In this document: positions 9,433 to 19,569 of the stretch, one piece after another
Layout of the letters: each line of letters begins with the position of its first letter
How positions within the stretch are numbered: position 1 is the first letter of the stretch
NCBI GenBank assembly: GCA_031375155.1
Contig: JANMHM010000057.1
Coordinates: 2,661 to 66,660, forward strand
DNA: 64,000 nucleotides
From: Candidatus Altimarinota bacterium
GTDB taxonomy: Bacteria; Patescibacteriota; Gracilibacteria; BD1-5; UBA2023
Direction of reading: 5' to 3'
Translations under genes and position numbers: made by a program
Notes under the pieces: generated by a model
Database searches by the model: none
What the model saw: the letters and a program-made list of their open reading frames with translations, nothing else
What the model was told of the DNA's origin: nothing

Positions 9433-9696
9433 ATGTCTGAAAATCCAATTTTTACATCACTTGCACAAAGGATAAGACCCCTTAATCCTCTCAAAGAGGC
9501 GTGGTTATGATTCGCATGAATCATGTGAATATGAAATACAAAAACTGATGTACTACGAATAGTAGATCAGCCGACTGCGGAAAGTATAACAAAGGGGCTT
9601 CAGGCAAATGCTCAAGTAAGCTCTATTATTGGAAATACTATAAGCGCTAATGACGGAACAAATGTAGACTCAGAGTTTCTAAAAAGGGCTGCTTAA
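9433..9696 (+). CDS. hypothetical protein
   Basis: ATG 9433 to TAA 9694-9696 with 4 in-frame TGA, followed by a hairpin plus T-run at about 9720-9745. No recognisable motif. Confidence 0.4.
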
Positions 9697-9745
9697 TTCC
9701 CTCTTGAAAAAATTGAAAATCTCCCCATCCTAGGGGAGATTTTTT

Positions 9746-10453
9746 ATGCTTCGCACTTCTTTCACCCTCATCTCGAAACGAGAACTCACACACGATGTCT
9801 ATGAGCTCTCATACTCATGTAGCGATATGAGTAAAGAACTTCCAAAGCCAGGACAATATGCGATGTTCCAGCTCGTACCAGGACTCTCTCGTGCCTATTC
9901 GATCGCATTTTTCTCGGATATCGGGTTCACTCTCATCATCAAGCGTATCGCAGATGGTCGATGAAGTCCGATGATCTGTGATGCAGATGTCGATACAGTA
10001 TTCACAGGAATGATCCCTCTCGGACACTTCACCCTTCGAGATACTACGAACAATAAGTGCTTCATCGGAACTGGTACGGGATTTGCTCCACTCTACTGTC
10101 AGATGCTCGCATGTGCTCAGCCCCCCTGAGAAGGGGGGATTAAGGGGGGTTTTGCACTATGCCCAAAGATAGCATTTATCTTCTGAGTACGAGAGAATGT
10201 TGATACGTTCTACAGAGATGAGATTACCTCTCTCGGAGAGAAGTTCCTTGATTTCACCTATGTACCCTACCTCTCACGATGAGATCTTCCCTGATATGAG
10301 AAGAGGTACGTCACCGACTGGATCACTTCAGAGAATATAGCTCTATACCAAGAGTTCTATATATGTGGTTCACCCTCGATGGTCGAGAGTGCTCGGAATA
10401 AGCTGGGAGCGCTCGGGATTACGAAAGAGCAGATATTTTGGGAGCAGTACTAA
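9746..10453 (+). CDS. FAD/NAD(P)-binding oxidoreductase (ferredoxin-reductase-type fold)
   Basis: RAYSIA (RxYS FAD motif), GTGTGFAPL (NAD(P) motif) and YICGSPSMV near the C-terminus. Open to TAA 10451-10453 with 5 in-frame TGA. Confidence 0.8.
10121..10151 (+). repeat. GC-rich palindromic element inserted in frame in the oxidoreductase gene
   Basis: cccccctgagaaggggggattaaggggggtt forms a CCCCCC/GGGGGG hairpin plus a G-run. It is translated as PP-G-EGGIKGG just after the GTGTGFAPL motif. Confidence 0.65.
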
Positions 10454-10740
10454 TATTTCCCTATGAAATCTTGCCCATCCTTCCCCCACTTGTCCTCATC
10501 AGCACTCTCATCGAAGTTATTCATGACATCTTGTGTCCAGCGAGACATCGCGTAGAGATTGTCATTGAGGCTCATATTGCGCCAGTCGATGATGAAGTCA
10601 TCATCTGAGTTCTCTGCCTCAGACCCACCGATATAGTACGCCATCATGACCGAGTAGCCCTGCTCTTCGGCGATTTGGTTGATCCGTTTGATATATTCCT
10701 GGACTTTATCAGTGAAGTCCTCTCGTGACATGCTCGCCAT
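10450..10740 (-). CDS. hypothetical acidic protein
   Basis: 96-aa ORF with no TGA and a TAG stop that overlaps the convergent gene by 4 nt. Confidence 0.6.
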   Translation of the reverse strand: MASMSREDFTDKVQEYIKRINQIAEEQGYSVMMAYYIGGSEAENSDDDFIIDWRNMSLNDNLYAMSRWTQDVMNNFDESADEDKWGKDGQDFIGKY

Positions 10741-10799
10741 AGAAAGAGAAAGTTAATATACGCGAGTATATAGAAAATAGGAATATTTCCAAGAAAATA

Positions 10800-11243
10800 C
10801 TATACTGAATCGGATTTATTGTTCATATCAGTAGGTTTTTCTGGAACAATAAAAGATACTACTTTTCCCCCTGATTCTCTTTGTTTATATACAGGATAGC
10901 TTATTCATGGAGTATCTATACGAATATCATACGGTCATATTAATCACTTAAGTGTATCCATTCTATAAAAAGTAAGGATGCCCTTATCGGAACGAAGTAC
11001 TTGATATTCATAAGCTCATAGGGGGGCTTCGAGAGCAAGACTTGCCTTAAACCAATGCCCTCACTGCAAAACACGAAGATCTATGGCACCTTCCATAATT
11101 TCTTCTATAATAGCCCCTGTTTGATCCAGAAATTCTAGCAATTCAGCTTGAGACGTTGCTGGCATTTTTGTTCTTGCTACTACTTTTGTCATTGGCTCTT
11201 CGTCTCATGACGATCTGGGTATGGCGGTATCTATAGCTAACAT
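10800..11243 (-). CDS. hypothetical protein
   Basis: ATG (comp. 11241-11243) to TAG (comp. 10800-10802), 147 aa with 6 in-frame TGA. No TAA/TAG in this frame. Confidence 0.45.
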
Positions 11244-11275
11244 AGAAAAATAATACCACACTTCACAAAAATACA

Positions 11276-11308
11276 CAAAAAATCTCACATTTCTGTGAGA
11301 TTTTTCTA
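11276..11308. terminator. bidirectional hairpin terminator
   Basis: AATCTCACA-tttc-TGTGAGATT flanked by an A-run and a T-run. Confidence 0.6.
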
Positions 11309-11326
11309 AGAATTCGGGAATCTCCT

Positions 11327-11893
11327 CTATCGTTTCTTCCAGACGATCACATCACCCTTACGAGTCGTGATCGTGAGAGTCGTATCTCCGACCATAAATC
11401 GGGAAAGTGTGAGATGACTCATAGCGTTCTCTACTGTCATGATATCACTCTCACAGTACATCTTCGTAGAGATGACACGGCGAGCGATAAGGATATCTCC
11501 TCTGAGCGTTCCGTACTGTCCAGAGAGGGTATTGCAGAGTTTCGCAGAAAAGGTGTTTCTCGAAAAAGTGAGGCTTCCTGAAGCACTGATAGGTTTACCA
11601 TTGAGCGTCGAGACTCACCAAATACCATTTTGCAGGGCAACACGAGGACTCATCTTGACTGGGGCAGACTCACAGGCTCAGGGAGTCACGTTGGTCGCGC
11701 CTCTCGCAGATGCCATACAGCTATTCGAGAAGGTCTCACGCACAGGATAGCATGGAGCTGCGAAACACTGGACCTGCACTGATCCACATACAGGAGCATA
11801 CTCCATAGTACACGCTGTCGGCTCTGCCGCTGACACGGTGAGTACCGAGAACGAGAGTCCGAGGAGAGAGAGGAATAGAGAGAAATATTTCAT
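11327..11893 (-). CDS. secreted Kazal-like plus META (HslJ-like) domain protein
   Basis: Signal peptide MKYFSLFLSLLGLSFSVLTVSA. CTMEYAPVCGSVQVQCFAAPCYPVRETFSNSCMA has Kazal-like Cys spacing. NGIW-G-VSTLNGKPISASGSLTFSRNTFSAKLCNTLSGQY...VISTKMYC is the META pattern. Confidence 0.75.
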
Positions 11894-12000
11894 GACAAAA
11901 TGGGTAAATGATAAATTAAAGCTCTGACCAAGCATCTATAAGACGAGTATATGATAAGATCGTGACAAAAGAAAAGGAAAATCCCTCCGAAGTGGGGGGA

Positions 12001-13035
12001 TTATAAAAATAACTCATCAAGATTTTTCATAAAATCTGTAGTATCTCAAAAATAGTTCGGATAAGCTTTTTTTAGATTCTTAGCTGATTCAAGAGAAAAA
12101 AGTACAATTTGCTTATCTTGCAACTCCTGATTTTTTTCTTCATAACTAGCATATAAGTCTGTCGCTGATTCAATCTGATCTTCAGAAAATCACCTTAGCT
12201 GTATTGTGTGTTCTTTTGTATCTAATATCAAAAGTATGTACCCCTCTTTCTGTTCAAGTTTCTCGACAAGCTTCACAGTATGAGAGAATCAAGCTAGGGT
12301 CTCCCGAATATGAAGCTTTCCCATATATACATCTATTGATTGTTTTAGTGATTCTTTTGTATCAGGAAGATCTGGTATGAGATTTTGTCATTCTTTGAGT
12401 GCAAACCAATTTGATACGAGACGGAAAAAATTTTGCCAATCTTCACTTCATTGACTGGATTTGAGTGCTTGTCATGTAAAAATACCAACTGTTTCAACAG
12501 CAGTAGCCCAATAATGCTGCAGTCTTGTCCGAAGTTGAACTTCCACAAGCATACCATTATATTGACTATATGATTTCGATTTTGACTGGAACTCATATAC
12601 CATATGGATACCTCGATATCAGGATTTTTTCGGAGATTCTATATAATCATATACTCGCTTAGGTGGATTATGACTCATTCTTCTTGCATTTCTCATCGCA
12701 TTCAGGCATCCGTATACCTCAGAAACGCTTGAAAAAATAGCCCTACATCACCCGATATCTTGCATTCTTGATAAATCCATTCACCTTTCTCTTACAAGTT
12801 TTGAAAGAATCGAAGGAATTCTCTTTAATCGCTGAGAGATGATAACTAACTTTTCTCATGAGACATCTTTTGCTTTTTTACGAAGGTTATCTTGTATAGC
12901 ATTAAGTGGATATACATGAGCACTACGAAAATCTGCAAGCATTCTCAAAGACTCTTGATCAGTTGGGTTATTGCGTAAAATTTCACCTGCTTTTTCTATC
13001 TGCTTTTTCGAGAGTGTAAATTGTATCCATCTCAT
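12001..13035 (-). CDS. stand-alone RelA/SpoT-domain nucleotide pyrophosphokinase
   Basis: 344 aa. MRWIQFTLSKKQIEKAGEILRNN...FRSAHVYPL, then RMQDIG-G-CRAIF, DYIESPKKS-G-YRGIHMVYEF and VEVQLRTRLQHYWATAVE (RelA_SpoT synthetase motifs). An uncharacterised C-terminal half of about 150 aa follows. No TAA/TAG in frame. Confidence 0.85.
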
Positions 13036-13113
13036 AGGCACATTATATGGAATTTAAGGTTAAAAAGCAAGAAAAAGTCCTCTCATGAGGACCTTTCTAA
13101 TTCATTCCTACTT

Positions 13114-15024
<1,911 letters not shown>

Positions 15025-15080
15025 AGTTACAAAGTTATAAGATATAAATTATGAGTTATAAATGAAGGAAATTGGTTCCT

Positions 15081-15105
15081 GTCATTGCGAGGAACGAAGC
15101 AATCC
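15081..15105 (+). repeat. GTCAT-hairpin repeat copy
   Basis: gtcATTGCgaggaacgaaGCAATcc lies in the dnaK 5' region. Confidence 0.7.
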
Positions 15106-15167
15106 ATGCTCCGATACTCGAACTTACAAAGCATTTTATCAGAATTTTTTCTCCTGTCAAAACTTTT

Positions 15168-15194
15168 TTAGCACTTTTTATATGAGAGTGCTAA
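15168..15194. promoter_or_regulatory. CIRCE operator (HrcA binding site) upstream of dnaK
   Basis: TTAGCACTT-TTTATATGA-GAGTGCTAA matches the consensus TTAGCACTC-N9-GAGTGCTAA. It lies 144 nt upstream of the dnaK start. Confidence 0.8.
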
Positions 15195-15584
15195 TTTTGA
15201 TTTTATAAATAAAAACTTGAAAAAAGGAAATAGAGGATATAATTCTCTACTATGCACTGAAATGAATGATTCCAGCCATTCCCAAAAAGAACTAGGGTTA
15301 CGGAAGATAATGTCTTTCGTAAACAGACAGAAAATACGGTTATAGATAAATGAGTGAGTGTAAGAAAAGCCACAAGAGAAGTAATATCCTGAATAGGAGA
15401 ATTGCCGAAACACATGGAATATTTGCATTTATGGCTCAGGGATAATACTCAGTCTGCAGAAGCACTCAGTAGTATGGTAAAAAATCTTTGGAGTGCTCAG
15501 ACTGGATTATGAAAAAATGAAGCTATAGCTGAAGGAAGGGAACTCTATTGAAAAATTCAAACTCATAATCCATAACTTTGATAT

Positions 15585-15989
15585 ATGAACCTCTCTCCCT
15601 ATCTCCAGAAATCCGAGAAGACACTCCTCTACTTCTACCCGAAGGATAATACCCCTGGCTGTACTCTCGAGGCCCAGGACTTCACTCGACTCAAGTGAGA
15701 GTTCGCGAAACTCGGTATCCATATCATCGGAGTATCGAAAGACTCAGAAGCCAGTCATGAAACATTCACGACTTCCTGTGGTCTCGGGATCGATCTCATC
15801 TCAGATACTAATGGCAGTCTTCATGAGCAATTCTGAGTTATCGGAGAGAAGAAAAACTATGGAAAAGTCTATATTGGCGTCATCCGTTCGACATTTCTCC
15901 TCGACTCTACGTGAAAAATTCTCCAAGAATGGAGAAATGTAAAAGCCACAGGACACGCGGAGAAGATACTCAAGGAACTTTCACTATAA
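15585..15989 (+). CDS. bcp: peroxiredoxin Bcp (thiol peroxidase)
   Basis: [20 protein letters not shown]...[13 protein letters not shown]...[10 protein letters not shown]. The N-terminus is about 20 aa shorter than a typical Bcp, because an in-frame TAA lies just upstream of ATG 15585. Confidence 0.8.
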
Positions 15990-16017
15990 ACTTGATTAGC
16001 ACCACTACCTCTTTCTT

Positions 16018-16086
16018 GTCATGCTGACGAAGGAAGCATCTGCTCAGAGGAAGAATAAGGGCAGATCCCTCGTACCTCGAGATGAC
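16018..16086. repeat. inverted pair of GTCAT-hairpin repeats between convergent bcp and the pilin gene
   Basis: gtcATGCTgacgaaggAAGCATc (16018-16040) faces the inverted copy gatCCCTCGtacCTCGAGatgac (16064-16086). Confidence 0.65.
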
Positions 16087-16122
16087 AAAAGATATGTGTT
16101 ATTTAGGTTAAAGTATCATAAG

Positions 16123-16626
16123 TTATTTTATGATCGCATAATATTGACCACTTCCTTTGACGATATTATTTCTCAGAGTAGTGAATGCTGATTGATTGAG
16201 CGTTCCTGTGAGTCAGGCGATACTTCCTGTATTGAAGTTTCCTCCACTTAAGTTTTCCATCTTTGCGAATAGTGCAAATTCATCAGTACTCGTTATCATA
16301 AGAGCGCTTGATCCGTATGCATATTTTTGGTTTTGTCCGCACCCATTGTCATTGGTAGTACTTGGATCCACTGGTATCGTACCATATCGGGAAAGTGCTG
16401 TCTCATCTACACATCAGAGAGCGTGATTCGGATAGTCTTCTTTATCGAGAAAGTGACTATTGAGCATCTTTCAGAGTGAGGTCATATGAGAAAGTCGTGC
16501 GACATCCCTGCCTCGTCTCTGGTAGGCAGTGAAACTTGGTAAGAGTGCTGTTATGAGGATACCGAGCGCGGTGATAGCGAGTATGATCTCCATAAGAGTA
16601 AATCCCCGACGAGAAGATATTCGCAT
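16123..16626 (-). CDS. type IV pilin / pseudopilin (prepilin N-terminal cleavage-methylation domain)
   Basis: MRISSRRGFTLMEIILAITALGILITALL carries the G/FTLxE prepilin motif. 167 aa with 4 in-frame TGA. TAA stop at comp. 16123-16125. Confidence 0.8.
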
Positions 16627-16736
16627 AAGCAATATATAAAATTATTAAAAATAGTATATAGAGAAATAGACCGTGGTCAAAAGAATTTTTTGGAAGCGGG
16701 GAAAATATCCATATACTGAAAAATCATTTTTCTTCT

Positions 16737-18692
16737 ATGTCAGAAATCTTCAAGCTCCACTCCCCCTACAATCCCACTGGCGATCAGCCGAAAGCCATAG
16801 CAAAACTCCTCGAGAGTATAGACTCTGGGAATCAGTACCAGACACTTCTCGGTGTTACTGGATCTGGGAAGACTTTTACTATGGCGAACCTGATCGCGAA
16901 GCTCCAGCGACCAGCACTGATCCTCGCACACAACAAGACCCTTGCCGCACAACTCGCACAAGAGTTCAAAGAGTTTTTTCCAGAAAATGCGGTACACTAC
17001 TTCGTCTCCTACTATGACTATTATCAGCCTGAGGCATTTGTCGTGAAGACAGGATCCTATATAGAAAAAGAAGCGACGATAAATGAAGAAATAGATCGCC
17101 TGAGGCATGCTGCGACTGAGAGCCTTCTCACGAGAAAAGATGTCATCATCGTGGCATCAGTATCGTGTATCTACGGTATCGGTGAAGTCGATGAGTATGA
17201 GAAGCAGTGTCTGCGCTTCAAAACCGATGAAGAGTATACGATCGAAGCGATCATCGCGAGCCTCGTGAATCTCCAGTTCAGGCGTTCTACTGCTGACTTC
17301 AAAAGTGGGATGTTCCGCGTGATCGGAGATACTCTCGAGATCTGGCCGAGTTCGAGCGAGGAGATCTGGCGACTCGAGTTCTTCGGAGATACTCTCGAGC
17401 GTATATCGAAAGTAGAATATCTCACGTATAGGATGATAGAAGAGAAACATGAGATCGTCGTATTTCCAGCCAAGCATTTCGTCACGTCGAAATCCGTCGT
17501 CGAAGAAGTATTGCCGAAGATAAAAGCCGAGATGGAAACGCAAGTCGAGTATTTCCAAAGTGTCGGAAAGCTCGTCGAAGCGGAGCGTATCAAGATGCGT
17601 GTCGAGTATGATATGGAGATGCTCGGCGAGGTCGGCTATGTGAACGGGATAGAGAACTACTCCATGTATCTCTCGAACCGAAAAGTCGGTGATCCCGCAT
17701 CGACCCTTATGGACTTCTTTCCGAAGGACTACCTCACTTTCGTCGATGAGTCCCATATCACGATCCCCCAGATAGGCGGGATGTATGCAGGTGATAGAGC
17801 GAGGAAAGAGAACCTCGTGAACTACTGATTCCGTCTGCCATCCGCGCTCGAGAATCGTCCACTCAGATTTCCAGAATTCGAACAGAAATCTGGACAGACT
17901 CTCTATATCTCCGCCACCCCGAGCAAATTCGAACTCGAAAAGAGTGAGGTCATCGCTGAGCAAGTGATACGCCCGACAGGGCTCCTCGACCCGCATATCA
18001 CTATCGAAGATATGGAGTATATGGTGGACTCGATCATGCGACATATCAGGCAGGCACGATCTCGTGGGGAACGTGCGATCATCACGACCATCACGAAGAA
18101 ATCATCGGAAGACCTCGCAGCGTACCTGGCAGAGAACGGGCTCAAAGTCCGCTATCTCCACTCGGAGATCGAGACGCTCGAACGACTCGAGATCCTTCGC
18201 GACTATCGTATGGGTGTCATCGATGTGATCGTCGGAGTCAATCTCATGCGAGAAGGACTCGATCTCCCTGAGACGAGCTTCATAGGAATCCTCGACGCGG
18301 AAAAAATCGGATTCCTCCGCTCCAAGACTTCCCTCCTCCAGATCATCGGACGTGCGGCGAGAAATGTGAATGGCTATGTGGTGATGTACTCTCACGGGAA
18401 GAAAGAGTCTATCGCCATGCGAGACGCGATCGATGAGACGGATAGGCGTAGAAAAGTCCAAGAAGACTACAATACGAAACATGGTATCACCCCGAAGACT
18501 ATCATCTCAGGGATCAAGGAAATCGGTATCCCTTCGAAGAAAAAGGATGCCTTCGATGGAGGACATATCGCCAACATCGAAGTCTATATAAAAAGGCTCG
18601 AACTCGAGATGGATGTCGCTGCCGCGAACCTCGACTACGAGCGTGCGGCGGAGATACGAGATGAGCTCATGAGTGCGAGAAAGAAGCGATAG
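16737..18692 (+). CDS. uvrB: excinuclease ABC subunit B
   Basis: GDQPKAI...LGVTGSGKTFTMAN...ENLVNY-G-FRLPSALENRPL...VGVNLMREGLDLPE...RAAEIRDEL. Fragments 16737-17828 and 17964-18692 share a frame and are joined through TGA 17826-17828. Confidence 0.97.
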
Positions 18693-18695
18693 GGT

Positions 18696-18764
18696 GTCAT
18701 TTCTATAAGTTCCACTTGTATCTGTCATTTCGAGTGTCTCGGTCATTTCGACGAAGGAGAAATC
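18696..18764 (+). repeat. cluster of three GTCATTTC hairpin-repeat copies
   Basis: gtcatttc starts at 18696, 18724 and 18742. The last copy is complete: gtcATTTCgacgaaggaGAAATc. Confidence 0.65.
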
Positions 18765-18783
18765 TTGCCCTGAATCCTCCATT

Positions 18784-19077
18784 ATGCAGAAACTCTATTT
18801 TGTATACATCCTTACAAATCCTTCTCATACAGTATTTTATACTGGTATGACCAATAACTTGATGCGAAGAATATGAGAACACAAAGAAAAACTGAATTCA
18901 AAATCATTCACAGCAAAATATAACTGTATAAAACTCGTATATTTTGAATCTGGGGAAAGCTCGATATGAGCAATCGAAAGAGAAAAAATGATTAAAGATA
19001 TGCGTCGTGAGAGAAAAATAGAGCTTATAGAAACTATGAATCCGAAATGGGAAGATCTCTCTGAAAGATTAGGATAA
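18784..19077 (+). CDS. GIY-YIG nuclease family protein (UPF0213/YhbQ-like)
   Basis: MQKLYFVYILTNPSHTVFYTGMTNNLMRRI-G-EHKEKLNSKSFTAKYNCIKLVYFESGESSI-G-AIEREKMIKDMRRERKIELIETMNPKWEDL. The antisense ORF 18837-19109 in the track is a shadow. Confidence 0.85.
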
Positions 19078-19226
19078 TCAGAGCAAGATGTCTCATACTT
19101 CGACATCACAGGAATATAACAGAGGGCTATGCTACTCCATCATTTGGGGTCTCCGTCATTTCGAGGAACGAGAAATCCTGCTCAGGAAAATCAGAGCAAG
19201 ATGTCTCATACTTCGACATGACAGGA
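19076..19226 (+). repeat. 38-bp direct repeat pair enclosing a GTCAT hairpin
   Basis: aatcagagcaagatgtctcatacttcgacat[c/g]acagga occurs at 19076-19113 and 19189-19226 (1 mismatch). The hairpin gtcATTTCgaggaacgaGAAATcc lies at 19155-19178. Confidence 0.8.
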
Positions 19227-19228
19227 GC

Positions 19229-19259
19229 AAAAATCCCTCCGTATTAGAGGGATTTTTAT
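19229..19259. terminator. bidirectional hairpin terminator
   Basis: ATCCCTC-cgtatta-GAGGGAT flanked by an A-run and a T-run. Confidence 0.6.
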
Positions 19260-19266
19260 ATACTTA

Positions 19267-19545
19267 TTAAGCGAGATAACGAGTAAAATCCTCACTTGTA
19301 GGTCTTCCTCCAGGACCTGAGAATCCTGTAAGATCATTTGGAGCTCGAGATTCAAATCATGTTAAATCTACTGGTTTTTCTACAGGCAACGATAAAACTT
19401 TATTGGATCAGTCTGTAACAAATCATGATACCCTTTTTGTGCCAGCTAAAACTGTAGTAAAATCCTCACTTGTAGGTCTTCCTCCAGGACCTGAGAATCC
19501 TGTAAGATCATTTGGTCACATGTATGTATCTTTTTCTCCTACCAT
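19267..19545 (-). CDS. small protein with an exact internal 20-aa duplication (hypothetical)
   Basis: 92 aa. PNDLTGFSGPGGRPTSEDFT occurs twice, encoded by identical 60-nt segments (19282-19341 and 19456-19515) that are 174 nt apart and in frame. It starts 25 nt after the stop of the giant gene. Confidence 0.4.
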
Positions 19546-19569
19546 AATATTAAAAGTTAAGAATATAAA

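Noticed and set aside
15252-15575. A table-25 ORF of about 107 codons with 6 TGA in the dnaK-bcp intergenic region.
   Set aside because: It has no motif and no ribosome-binding context. It overlaps the CIRCE-like hairpin. An open frame of this length is plausible by chance when only TAA/TAG are stops. Not called.
17157-18044. A 295-aa minus-strand ORF overlapping uvrB.
   Set aside because: It is antisense to an unambiguous uvrB frame, and its translation has no recognisable features.
19282-19515. Two perfect 60-nt repeats looked like a possible mini CRISPR array.
   Set aside because: There are only two copies. The spacing is a multiple of three, and both lie in one reading frame. There is no repeat-spacer periodicity and no cas genes.
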